Assembly (NCBI GenBank): GCA_046712825.1
Contig: JBKKCR010000084.1
Location: forward strand, 2,492-66,491
DNA length: 64,000 bases
Direction: 5' to 3'
From: Actinomycetota bacterium
GTDB taxonomy: Bacteria > Actinomycetota > AC-67
Under the pieces are notes generated by a model that had not been told where the DNA came from, searched no databases, and worked only from the letters and a program-made list of their open reading frames with translations. Each line of letters opens with the position of its first letter. Positions within the stretch are counted from its first letter, which is position 1. Positions 8,900-17,536 of this stretch are shown here, one piece after another. The translations under genes and the position numbers were made by a program.

Positions 8900-9787
8900 T
8901 CAGCCGAAAGCGACCGTGACCTGACGCTCTTCGGCCCCGCGCAGGACCGTGAGCTTCAGCGTGGCGCCCGCAGTCAGTGCGTCGAGCGCGGCGTGAAGAT
9001 CGTCGGTGTCGCGAACCGGCTTATCGCCGGCCTTGACGATCAGGTCGCCTTCACGGATCTCGGCGTGTGCGGCCGGGCTGTCCTCTTCGACGCCGCGCAC
9101 GAGCAAGCCGTCCGCGTCCGGAAGACCGACGGCCTTCCGCAGGCGACGGCCCACCTCAGCCGGCGCGATGGCGACACCGAGTCGCGGCCGCTCCGGCATC
9201 TCGCCGCGCCCCAGCGCGTCGACGCGATCGCGCAGCGCCTGATCGGCCGGGATCGCGAGATAGAACCCTTCGCCGAGCCGGTTGGTGTTGAGACCGAGCA
9301 GCGTCCCGTCTTCGTCGACGATCGGACCGCCCGAGGATCCCGGCAGCAACGGCGCGGTGTGCTCGAGGCTTCCGGAGATGCGGCGACCTCGCGGCCCGCG
9401 GAACGAACGCTCCGTGCCCGACACCAGCCCGACCGTCACGCGCAGCCCGCGACCGCCCGGGTTCGCGAGCGCGAAGACGGCGTGGCCGAGGTCCGGCCCG
9501 CCGTTGGCGGACCACGTCACCGCCGGCGCGTCCTTGGTGTCGACGGAGACGACCGCGATGTCGCCGTCCACGTCTATGCCAGACACCGATCCGACTTCGG
9601 TGCGGCCGTCGGAGAAGGTGACGGCGAGTTCGTCGCCGCGGATGTTGTGCGCGTTGGTGAGCACCTTGCCGGACCCGATCACGACGCCCGAGCCCACGCC
9701 CCAACGCTGCCCGACGCCGACCAAGGACGGACCGACCTCATCGGCCAGCTTCTTGATCGCCTCTCTGAGCTCCGGGAAAACCGCCAT
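8900..9787 (-). CDS. HtrA/DegP-like trypsin-type serine protease with C-terminal PDZ domain
   Basis: Catalytic His (TNAHNI), Asp (DIAVV) and Ser (GSSGGPIV), plus a PDZ-like C-terminus (GLLVRGVEEDSPAA...GDLIVKAGDKPV). Confidence 0.85.
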   Translation of the reverse strand: MAVFPELREAIKKLADEVGPSLVGVGQRWGVGSGVVIGSGKVLTNAHNIRGDELAVTFSDGRTEVGSVSGIDVDGDIAVVSVDTKDAPAVTWSANGGPDLGHAVFALANPGGRGLRVTVGLVSGTERSFRGPRGRRISGSLEHTAPLLPGSSGGPIVDEDGTLLGLNTNRLGEGFYLAIPADQALRDRVDALGRGEMPERPRLGVAIAPAEVGRRLRKAVGLPDADGLLVRGVEEDSPAAHAEIREGDLIVKAGDKPVRDTDDLHAALDALTAGATLKLTVLRGAEERQVTVAFG

Positions 9788-9814
9788 CTGAACCTCCTGC
9801 TACTCTTCTGGCTA

Positions 9815-9832
9815 TACTTGCGACTTGCAAGT
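9815..9832. promoter_or_regulatory. perfect 10-bp palindrome ACTTGCAAGT with an upstream half-repeat, candidate HxlR operator
   Basis: tacttgcg acttgcaagt lies immediately upstream of the HxlR ATG, in the htrA/hxlR divergent region, which is locally AT-richer. Confidence 0.4.
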
Positions 9833-9836
9833 TACT

Positions 9837-10352
9837 ATGAGCAAACCTGCAGCGCAAGTGGAGGATAGGATGTCCAGGATGTCGATGCGCAAGGGTGGGA
9901 CGATCGCGGCCGGCCGTGGGCTGGCAGACGCGCCGTCATCCGACGACTCCCCCCTCGCGAGAGCCGTGGCTCGGGTCGGCGACCGTTGGGCTCTGCTGAT
10001 CGTCGACGCTTTGCGCGGTGGCGGGCGACGGTTCAACGACCTGCTTTCCCAGATCCCAGGCATCGCTTCGAACGTCCTGTCGCAACGGCTGAAGCATCTC
10101 GAGGCGGAAGGCGTCGTGGTCGCGCGGCCGTACCAGACGCGGCCGCCGCGCCACGCGTACGAGCTCTCCGGCGCCGGACGCGGGCTCGCGGGTGCGCTGC
10201 GGATGCTCGCGCAGTGGGGTGCCGTCGAGCCGAGTGAGATCGAGCATCTCCGGCACGAGTCGTGCGGTACGCCGTTGGATGCCCGGTGGTTCTGCCCGAC
10301 GTGCGTTCGCTCCGTCGGCGACGACGAAAGCGACGAGCTTCGTTACGTCTGA
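9837..10352 (+). CDS. HxlR-type winged-helix transcriptional regulator with C-terminal Cys cluster
   Basis: HxlR signature (CGTPL) and ARVGDRWALLIVDAL...RFNDL...IASNVLSQRLKHLEAEGVV. Exact start is uncertain (TTG 9825, ATG 9837, ATG 9870). Confidence 0.8.
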   Translation: MSKPAAQVEDRMSRMSMRKGGTIAAGRGLADAPSSDDSPLARAVARVGDRWALLIVDALRGGGRRFNDLLSQIPGIASNVLSQRLKHLEAEGVVVARPYQTRPPRHAYELSGAGRGLAGALRMLAQWGAVEPSEIEHLRHESCGTPLDARWFCPTCVRSVGDDESDELRYV

Positions 10353-10807
10353 GGCATCGACCGCGCTTGCTCTTGCAAGCGCTGCGCGGTCTCGAACGCT
10401 TCGAGCTGACGGCCGACGAGCACACGACGACGATCGACTTCATCGACCGACGTGGCGCGCAGGACGACCTCGCGCAGATCGTGCGCACCGAACGGGCGGA
10501 TGAGAAGGTCGATCGCGCCGGCCATGAAGGACTCGACCGGACCTTTCTCATCGTGTGCGTCGAGGATCGCGACGATCGGGGTGTTCTCGCGCCCGGGTAG
10601 CGTGCGGGTCCGCGTCATGACCTCGTATGCGTCGACGTCGCCGAGGGCTGTGCCGATGAACATCAGATCGACGGGGTATTTGGCGACGATCTCGAGCGCT
10701 TCCCGGCCGGTCCCCGCCTCGGCGGCACGATGACCGTCGAGATCCAACGTCATCCGCATGATGCGTCGTTCTACCGAATCGCCATCAACCAGCAGGATCG
10801 TTGCCAT
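10343..10807 (-). CDS. stand-alone response-regulator receiver (CheY-like) domain protein
   Basis: ILLVDGDSVERRIMRMTLDLDGH...VDLMFIGTALGDVDAYEV...IVAILDAHDEK matches a REC domain with the phospho-acceptor Asp. There is no output domain and no kinase adjacent. Confidence 0.8.
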   Translation of the reverse strand: MATILLVDGDSVERRIMRMTLDLDGHRAAEAGTGREALEIVAKYPVDLMFIGTALGDVDAYEVMTRTRTLPGRENTPIVAILDAHDEKGPVESFMAGAIDLLIRPFGAHDLREVVLRATSVDEVDRRRVLVGRQLEAFETAQRLQEQARSMPQT

Positions 10808-10953
10808 TCCCCCGCCTCCCCGATGCCGGTCCCCTGAAGCGTCTCCATTCTCTTATAACACGACGCCGGAAGCGAGTGAGACCTTGTTCGCAAGCCGTCC
10901 GACCTGCTTGAACGGGTCAAACGAGCGGCTTTCTGTGCCCGAGCCCTTGACAA

Positions 10954-10967
10954 ACCGACCGGTCGGT
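10954..10967. promoter_or_regulatory. perfect 14-bp palindrome ACCGACCGGTCGGT just downstream of a TTGACA -35-like hexamer, candidate TetR operator/promoter
   Basis: cttgaca a accgaccggtcggt atggaaagat lies about 20 bp upstream of the TetR-MmpL operon start. Confidence 0.45.
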
Positions 10968-10986
10968 ATGGAAAGATGAGGGCTCC

Positions 10987-11607
10987 ATGGAGGCTCACGT
11001 CAGCACCGCAGCCGCCACCGACCGGGGCGAGGCATCCCGCCAGCACATCCTGTCCGTGGCAGCCCTCGCGTTCGCCGAGCACGGCTACAACGGCGTCAGC
11101 CTGAACGACATCGTCCGAGACACCGGCCTCACCAAGGGCGCCTTCTATTTCCACTTCCCATCCAAAGAAGCGCTCGCGCTCGACGTGTTCGGCACCAAGC
11201 AGGAGCAATGGCAAGCGCACATCCTCGCGGTGATGCAGCAGCATCCGCGCGCGATCGACCGGCTCAACGCGATGCTCGACTGCGGCTGTGAGATGTACGA
11301 GCTCGACGCCTCCGCGCGCGTCGTCGGGCGGCTGTGCGTGGAGCTTGCGCGCGAACGCCGGCTGGCGCCGAGGCTGACGGGCTACCTCCGGGTGTGGTTC
11401 GAGATGGTCGCCGAACTGATCCGGACCGCGCAGGCCGAGGGCGACGCGCGCACCGATCTCGATCCACAAACCACCGCCGAGGTCATCGTGTCGGCCTTCA
11501 TCGGCGTCGAGCAGGTATCGGACGCATTGACGGAGCTCGGGGACTTCCGTGCGCGCATCGAGAACATGCGGACCTTCGTGATGGCCGCCATGCGGCCGTG
11601 TCCGTAG
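10987..11607 (+). CDS. TetR family transcriptional regulator
   Basis: HTH: SRQHILSVAALAFAEHGYNGVSLNDIVRDTGLTKGAFYFHFPSKEAL. Confidence 0.85.
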   Translation: MEAHVSTAAATDRGEASRQHILSVAALAFAEHGYNGVSLNDIVRDTGLTKGAFYFHFPSKEALALDVFGTKQEQWQAHILAVMQQHPRAIDRLNAMLDCGCEMYELDASARVVGRLCVELARERRLAPRLTGYLRVWFEMVAELIRTAQAEGDARTDLDPQTTAEVIVSAFIGVEQVSDALTELGDFRARIENMRTFVMAAMRPCP

Positions 11608-11623
11608 GACCGTCGGGGAGGAG

Positions 11624-13942
11624 ATGGACAAGATGGAGCTCAACGGGAAACGCGAAGCTGCACCGAACATGCAGCGGTCCCGGTTCTACCGCCTGGGGAC
11701 GTTCGCCTACCGCAGACGCGTCTGGGTTCTGATCGCGTGGGTCGGGATCCTCTTCGCCCTCGGCCCGGCGCTCGGAAAGATCTCGGACAACCTTTCCCAA
11801 GGAGGGTTCGAGGTTCCGGGCTCGCAGTCGGACTTCGTCGCGAAGGCGGTCGAGAACGACTTCTCCGCGTACGAGCTCACGGACCTGCTTGTCATGAAGT
11901 CCGGCACGCTCACCGCTACCGACCCGAAGTTCCGCCAGACGTTCGAGACGGTGCGCGATGCGCTGCTCAAAGCGCCGGGTGTCGCCGCGGTGTCCGACCC
12001 CTACGCGGCCCCCGAGCGGTCGATCTCGCGCGACGGGCATGTGCTCACCGCGACCGTCGGGATCACCGACGACCAGGACCAAGCCCTCGCCCACAACCCC
12101 GCGGTCGAGAAGGCCGTTGAGGATGCCGCGAGGGGGAGCGGTATCACGGCGCTCGTCACCGGCGCGCCGCCCTTCTACGCGGCGTTCGAGCACACCACAA
12201 CCACCGACCTTGAGCGCGCCGAGCGGATCGCGCTGCCGATCACGCTGATAATCCTCGTGATCGCGTTCGGTTCGGTCGTCGCGGCCGGCGTTCCGCTGGT
12301 GATGGCGCTGGTCGGTCTCGGCGTCGCGTTCGGAGTGATCTCGATCATCGCCAGCCAGACGACGGTCAGCACATTCGCGCAGAACACGGCGTCGATGGTC
12401 GGCATCGGCGTCGGGATCGACTATTCGCTGTTCATCCTGACGCGGTTCCGCGAGCATCTGAGGAACGACCGCGCCGTGTCGCAGGCGATCGCCGAGGCGA
12501 TGGCCTCGAGTGGCAAGGCGGTTTTCGTCTCGGCGATGACGGTCGTCGTGGCGCTCGCCGGCACGCAGCTCGTCAACGTTGCCGCGTTCCGGTCCATGGG
12601 CTTCGCGCCGATGATCGCGGTAGCGCTCGCGGGCGCGGCCGCGCTGACGCTGCTTCCGGCGTTTCTGGGGCTGCTCGGTCGCCGCGTCAACAAGTGGGCG
12701 ATCAAACGCAAGCGTTCGGTCGAGGGCGCGGTATGGCATCGCTGGGCCATGACGGTCATGCGTCGCCCATGGACGGCGCTCGCCGTATCGGTCCTGATCC
12801 TCGGCGTGCTCGCGGCGCCGGCGGTCGGCTTGCGGATGGGGTCGTCTGGGCCGTCGATCCTGCCGCCCGACGCGGGTCCACGGGTCGCCGCTGAGATAAC
12901 CGCGGAAGCGTTCGGCGAGGGCCAGGTCGCCCCCGTTCAGATCGTCGTCGACCACCCGCGCGGCGTCCTCGGCGCCGGGTTCACCGATATCTACGCGCTT
13001 GCGCAGGAGATCGCGACCGATCGTGAGGTTGCACGGGTCGACTCGGTGGCCACGATCCTCCCGAACGCACCGCCGCAGCAGGCTCTGGCCGTGGCGAACT
13101 CGCCGCAGGCGAAGCCCTTCGTGTCCACCCTTGTGGCGCGGAACGGAACCCGAACGATCCTCTACGCAGTCACCAAGCACGGCCCGCAGTCGGACCCCGT
13201 CGACGCGTTCGTCGAACGGCTACGCGACCAGCTACCGAGAACCCTTCCCGCAGGAGTCACGGCTGCGGTCGGCGGCGACGGCGCGCTCAACACCGACATC
13301 AATAACGAGATGCAGAACAAGTTGATCCCGGTCGTCGGGCTGGTGATGTTGCTCTCCTTCCTGGTGCTGATGCTGTTCTTCCGCAGCATCTTGCTCCCGC
13401 TCAAGGCCATCTTGATGAATACCGCGTCCGTGCTCGCCACGTACGGCGTGATCGTGTTCATCTTCCAGCAAGGGCATTTCGAGGGGCTGCTCGGGTTCGA
13501 GTCCACCGGAAACATCGACTCGTTCCTGCCGCTGTTCCTCTTCTGCATCCTGTTCGGCCTGTCGATGGACTACGAGGTGTTCATGCTCGCGCGCATCCGC
13601 GAGGAATACCTGCGGACGCACGACAACACCGAGGCGGTCGGCTGGGGCCTCGAGCACACCGCGCGGATCATCACGAGTGCAGCGCTCGTCATGGTGACCG
13701 TGTTCGGCGCGTTCGCGTTCGCGTCGCTGGCGCCGATCAAAGCCATGGGCTTCGGCCTGGCGACCGCGGTGTTCCTCGACGCGTCGCTCATCCGGGTCGT
13801 TCTCGTCCCGGCGACGATGCGGTTGATGGGGGACTGGAACTGGTGGCTGCCGAAGTGGCTCGACCGCATCCTGCCTAAGGTCTCCGTCGAGGAAGAGCTG
13901 GCCTACATCGAGCCGGAGCCCGAGCCCGCCGGAGCGCGCTAG
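11624..13942 (+). CDS. MMPL family RND-type membrane transporter
   Basis: 772 aa with two 6-TM bundles separated by periplasmic domains. Typical MmpL N-terminus (RFYRLGTFAYRRRVWVLIAWVGILF). Sits 17 bp downstream of the TetR gene. Confidence 0.9.
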   Translation: MDKMELNGKREAAPNMQRSRFYRLGTFAYRRRVWVLIAWVGILFALGPALGKISDNLSQGGFEVPGSQSDFVAKAVENDFSAYELTDLLVMKSGTLTATDPKFRQTFETVRDALLKAPGVAAVSDPYAAPERSISRDGHVLTATVGITDDQDQALAHNPAVEKAVEDAARGSGITALVTGAPPFYAAFEHTTTTDLERAERIALPITLIILVIAFGSVVAAGVPLVMALVGLGVAFGVISIIASQTTVSTFAQNTASMVGIGVGIDYSLFILTRFREHLRNDRAVSQAIAEAMASSGKAVFVSAMTVVVALAGTQLVNVAAFRSMGFAPMIAVALAGAAALTLLPAFLGLLGRRVNKWAIKRKRSVEGAVWHRWAMTVMRRPWTALAVSVLILGVLAAPAVGLRMGSSGPSILPPDAGPRVAAEITAEAFGEGQVAPVQIVVDHPRGVLGAGFTDIYALAQEIATDREVARVDSVATILPNAPPQQALAVANSPQAKPFVSTLVARNGTRTILYAVTKHGPQSDPVDAFVERLRDQLPRTLPAGVTAAVGGDGALNTDINNEMQNKLIPVVGLVMLLSFLVLMLFFRSILLPLKAILMNTASVLATYGVIVFIFQQGHFEGLLGFESTGNIDSFLPLFLFCILFGLSMDYEVFMLARIREEYLRTHDNTEAVGWGLEHTARIITSAALVMVTVFGAFAFASLAPIKAMGFGLATAVFLDASLIRVVLVPATMRLMGDWNWWLPKWLDRILPKVSVEEELAYIEPEPEPAGAR

Positions 13943-13945
13943 GTC

Positions 13946-14869
13946 TTAGCTCTTTCCAGCGGCGCGCGCCCCGCTCGACCCCGGTCGGATGGTGCGCGCG
14001 CCGCGGTCTCCGGCACCGTCTTGTGGTGGTGTCGAAATCTGAGATGTGGGTGCCTGAGGCGAGGGCACCGTCGCGGGGTCGGGCTCGAACTGCGCCGGAT
14101 CCGCGAAGTACGCCTTGAAGGGCTTCAACAGCTGCGAGATGTGCCACCCGTCGGCGTACCGGTGGTCGATCGTCGCGGTAAGGGGCAGCATCGGCCGTAC
14201 CTTCACCTTGCCGTCGATCGCGACCGGCTTGTCGGTGATCTCGCCGACCAGGACCAGCAGCGGCATCCGATAGAACTTGGCCAGCGGGGCAAAACCTTGC
14301 GGCAGGCCGAACATGCCGACGCTCGTGACCATCGCGCTCCCGAACGGGTTCGCCTTGACGCCGAGCGCCTTCAACGACTTGTTGCGGTCCCCGGCCACCC
14401 AGGCGCTGAATCGCATCGCGAGCTTGAGCGCGCGGCGGGGGAGCGCCTCCATGGTCTTCTTGGTCTTGGCGAACTCCGGGTCGTCGCCGGCCTTCATCCG
14501 CGAGGCGCGCACGTAGAGCTCGTCGGCGATCTCGAAGACCGACTTGCGGTCGGCGTTGTCCACTCTGACGCCCGACAAGGAGCGGCCGCCCTCGACGGCG
14601 GCGATGTAGAAGATGTCGACCGACTCGCGCGGGATCATCTTCGAGCCGTAGATCCGCATGTTGAAGTCGGGGACGGCGGCCAGCGCGAGCGCGATCGAAC
14701 GTCCAACAAGATGCGTCACGGTGACACGGTGGCCGGCAGCCTTGCCGCGCTCGATCAGGTCGATCAGAGGGCCGGCGTCGAACTCCATCGCGCCGTAGAT
14801 CTGAGGGTCGTCCGGCGGGCCCCACATCGCCCCCGCGATCTTCCGCCAACCCGCGAGCTTCGCCATCAT
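13946..14869 (-). CDS. 2-oxoacid dehydrogenase E2-type acyltransferase catalytic domain protein (CAT-like), stand-alone
   Basis: Catalytic motif TIDHRYADGWH (DHRxxDG). No lipoyl or subunit-binding domains. Convergent with MmpL, 3 bp apart. Confidence 0.75.
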   Translation of the reverse strand: MMAKLAGWRKIAGAMWGPPDDPQIYGAMEFDAGPLIDLIERGKAAGHRVTVTHLVGRSIALALAAVPDFNMRIYGSKMIPRESVDIFYIAAVEGGRSLSGVRVDNADRKSVFEIADELYVRASRMKAGDDPEFAKTKKTMEALPRRALKLAMRFSAWVAGDRNKSLKALGVKANPFGSAMVTSVGMFGLPQGFAPLAKFYRMPLLVLVGEITDKPVAIDGKVKVRPMLPLTATIDHRYADGWHISQLLKPFKAYFADPAQFEPDPATVPSPQAPTSQISTPPQDGAGDRGARTIRPGSSGARAAGKS

Positions 14870-14910
14870 GTCCTTAGCCTCTCAGTCCCTCCGCCTGCGA
14901 GGCAAAGCAG

Positions 14911-15909
14911 GTGGACCCGTCCGGAAGGTCGAACCTATGCCAGATGATCAAGCACCTGCTCGGACTCGCGCTCGCCGCTGTCACATTGATGCCCGTCGGG
15001 GGCGATGCCGCGCTGGGTGACAACCCGTGGCTCGATCGGCGGGTCTGGAACATCGCGCATCAGGGCGGCGAGAACGAAGCGCCGTCCGACACGCTCTACG
15101 CGTTCAAGACCGCACTCACCAAAGGCGTTGACATGCTCGAGCTCGACGTGCACGCCACGAAGGACGGAGAGATCGTCGTCCTCCACGACACGACCGTCGA
15201 CCGGACGACCAACGGGACCGGGCGGGTCGATGAGCTCACGCTCGCTCAGATCAAGACGCTCGATGCCGCGCACTGGTTCGTTCCCGTGAAAGGCACGACG
15301 CATTCGGCCGCGGAGTCCGAGTACATCTTCCGTGGCGTCGCCACCGGCGCGGTGCCGCCGCCGGCCGGCTTCGAGCCGAACGACTTCACCATCCCGACGC
15401 TGCGCGAGGTGCTCGAGACCTTCCCCGGCTTCCCGACCAACATCGAGATCAAGAACACGCTGCCCGACACCGCTCCGTACGAGAAGATCCTGGCCGATCT
15501 GCTTCGGGAGTTCGGCCGATCGGACGACGTGATCGTGGTTTCGTTCCTCGATCACGCGATCGAGCTCTTCAAGCTCTGGGCGCCGGAGATCGACACCGCA
15601 ACCGCAACCGTCGAGACGGCGATCTTCCACACCTCCGCCCGCGGGCCGCTCCCCGGCCTTCCCAATCCGCGCTACGTCGCGCTCCAGGTTCCGGTGATCT
15701 TCAACGCGATCCCGGGGGTGCCGATCGAGGTCGTGAACGCGGACTTCGTGGCGAACGCGCACGCGAACGGGCTCGCGGTGCACGTCTGGACGATCAACGA
15801 TGTTCCGACGATGTGCGCGCTGCTCGGCATGGACGTCGACGGGATCATGACGGACTTCCCGACGATCCTCGAGCAGGTCCTCGCCGACCCGGTCGCGGCC
15901 TGCGGGTGA
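14911..15909 (+). CDS. glycerophosphodiester phosphodiesterase (GDPD) family, secreted
   Basis: HQGGENEAPSDTLYAF...LELDVHATKDGEIVVLHDTTVDRTTNG is the GDPD core. Signal peptide LLGLALAAVTLMP. Alternative start at ATG 14944. Confidence 0.8.
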   Translation: MDPSGRSNLCQMIKHLLGLALAAVTLMPVGGDAALGDNPWLDRRVWNIAHQGGENEAPSDTLYAFKTALTKGVDMLELDVHATKDGEIVVLHDTTVDRTTNGTGRVDELTLAQIKTLDAAHWFVPVKGTTHSAAESEYIFRGVATGAVPPPAGFEPNDFTIPTLREVLETFPGFPTNIEIKNTLPDTAPYEKILADLLREFGRSDDVIVVSFLDHAIELFKLWAPEIDTATATVETAIFHTSARGPLPGLPNPRYVALQVPVIFNAIPGVPIEVVNADFVANAHANGLAVHVWTINDVPTMCALLGMDVDGIMTDFPTILEQVLADPVAACG

Positions 15910-15926
15910 AGACCCCGAGAAAGGCC

Positions 15927-15952
15927 GAAGCCCCGAGCAAGCTCGGGGCTTC
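15927..15952. terminator. bidirectional hairpin terminator between convergent genes
   Basis: gaagccccgagc aa gctcggggcttc, a 12-bp perfect inverted repeat. No U-tract, which is common in high-GC genomes. Confidence 0.5.
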
Positions 15953-15975
15953 GACTGCCGGGTCTGGTTCTGGTG

Positions 15976-16308
15976 TTACGCGGCCTTGGTGCTCGCGGAA
16001 GCCTTCTTGGCCTTGCGAGCGTTCCAGAAGGTCTTGGTGGTGAGGGGCTCGAGCGCCTTCAGCAGCTCGAGCGAGTAGTCCTTCGCAGCGCCTAGGAACT
16101 TCTCCGCGAGCTCGAAACCGGTCTTCGTGGTCTCGCGCGGCGTCGGGACGCTGTCGGCGATCGGGTTCTTGGGCAGGTCGGGCAGCACGTCGGCGATGCG
16201 CTCGCTCACGGTCGAGACCGTGGAAACGACGGCTTCCTGCGCCTTGCCGAGGGCCGAAAGGGCCTGGTCGCCGGCCTCGTCGACCATCTTCAGATAGCTG
16301 CGTGCCAT
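15976..16308 (-). CDS. HbhA-like / phasin-like protein with Lys/Ala-rich C-terminal tail (110 aa)
   Basis: Start is the ATG preceded by a perfect SD (aaggaggaagacATG). The six-frame ORF's upstream extension is not used. The tail ARKAKKASASTKAA resembles the heparin-binding Lys/Ala repeats of HbhA. The XRE regulator immediately upstream mirrors the mycobacterial Rv0474-hbhA arrangement. Confidence 0.55.
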   Translation of the reverse strand: MARSYLKMVDEAGDQALSALGKAQEAVVSTVSTVSERIADVLPDLPKNPIADSVPTPRETTKTGFELAEKFLGAAKDYSLELLKALEPLTTKTFWNARKAKKASASTKAA

Positions 16309-16378
16309 GTCTTCCTCCTTGCGGTCCCCCCACTGGGGCTCTCGTGGTGCTAGGTATACCAAGCGGATGCTTGGCGTG

Positions 16379-16831
16379 TCAAGTCTGGCGCTTGGTTCTT
16401 TTCGCAACCTGCTTGGGTGGCTTAGCAGAGCCGGTCGCGGACTCCCGGCCCGCCGCCTCGCGATCTGCGGAGACGAAGCTCCGATAGACCCGCAGCAGAG
16501 CGTTCTTCTGCTCGGCGGTCAGTTCGAGGTCGAGCCGGATCGAGCGCTCGACGTCGGCGGCTTGCTCGCGAGCGGCACGCTCCGCGTCCACCTCTTCGGG
16601 GGCGCGAGCATCGAGTAATCCGACCCGCGCGTAGAGGTTCTCGGCGGAGATCTTCAGCGCATCGGCGATCGCCTTGAGCACCTCGGCCGACGGCTTGTAG
16701 ATGCCGCGCTCGATCTGGCTGAGATACGGGTTGGAAACCTTGGTGACGTTGGCGAGCTGGCGCAACGACATGTCGGCCAGACGCCGTTGCGTCCGAATGA
16801 ACTCGCCGAGTGACTTCCATCGCTCGTCCAT
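16379..16831 (-). CDS. XRE-family helix-turn-helix transcriptional regulator
   Basis: HTH: MSLRQLANVTKVSNPYLSQIERGIYKPSAEVLKAIADAL. Confidence 0.8.
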   Translation of the reverse strand: MDERWKSLGEFIRTQRRLADMSLRQLANVTKVSNPYLSQIERGIYKPSAEVLKAIADALKISAENLYARVGLLDARAPEEVDAERAAREQAADVERSIRLDLELTAEQKNALLRVYRSFVSADREAAGRESATGSAKPPKQVAKRTKRQT

Positions 16832-16963
16832 GCACGCAGCCTAGCACCCGCTTGGTGGCCCAAGCAACACGTGATTCACGGCCCGGCGTGCAGCGCCCCA
16901 GGCGGCCGGATTTCGGCGGCTCGCGCGTTGATGAGGTTGTGGGATGGGTAGCATTCGCGAGCG

Positions 16964-17536
16964 ATGGAAGAGATCACGTACGAGCAGCTCGGCGTCAACT
17001 TCATCACGCACGTGGTCACGCCCGAACGGGTGGCGGCCACGATCGCGCACGTCGCAGGGGACGAGGTCCGGGTTGGGCCGATGAACGCCGGGCCCGGTGG
17101 CGCCGCATCGGTGACCGCCACGGGAACGCTCGGAACGGTCACCGCGAAGAACGCGTGGCGCGGGGGACCGCTCTCGTTCGACGCGACGATCCCGATCGAT
17201 CTCGCCCTGGACGTGCGGGTCGCAGGCGCGTCGCATCGATACAAGGGGCAGCTTTCCATCGCGCTTCGGATCGCGCTCCGCGCTCTTGAGCCGGTGACGC
17301 TGGCGTTCGACATCGACCCGGTGCTGCCCGAAGACGTGGGCGTGAAGCTGTCCGCCGACGGGATGCGCGCGAAGGTTCTTCAGCGCATCGGCGGCATCGA
17401 CGACGAGGTGCGGCGGGCCGTGGCGGCTACCGTCACGGAGCGGTTGGACTCGGAGGCGGCACGGGCCGTCCGGATGATCGACATCCTCCGATACGTGGGC
17501 GATGCCTGGACGCCCGGCGGGGACGGTTCCGCTTAA
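16964..17536 (+). CDS. hypothetical protein (190 aa)
   Basis: Protein-like composition. Overlaps the next gene by 4 bp, convergent. No family recognised. Confidence 0.45.
   Translation: MEEITYEQLGVNFITHVVTPERVAATIAHVAGDEVRVGPMNAGPGGAASVTATGTLGTVTAKNAWRGGPLSFDATIPIDLALDVRVAGASHRYKGQLSIALRIALRALEPVTLAFDIDPVLPEDVGVKLSADGMRAKVLQRIGGIDDEVRRAVAATVTERLDSEAARAVRMIDILRYVGDAWTPGGDGSA

Noticed and set aside
11498-13180. 560-aa minus-strand ORF antisense to mmpL
   Set aside because: Extreme Arg/Asp/Gly composition. mmpL on the plus strand is unambiguous.
13875-14947. 324-aa minus-strand and 308-aa plus-strand ORFs overlapping the E2-type acyltransferase gene
   Set aside because: Shadow frames with Arg-rich low-complexity translation. 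The 13946-14869 frame carries the DHRxxDG motif.
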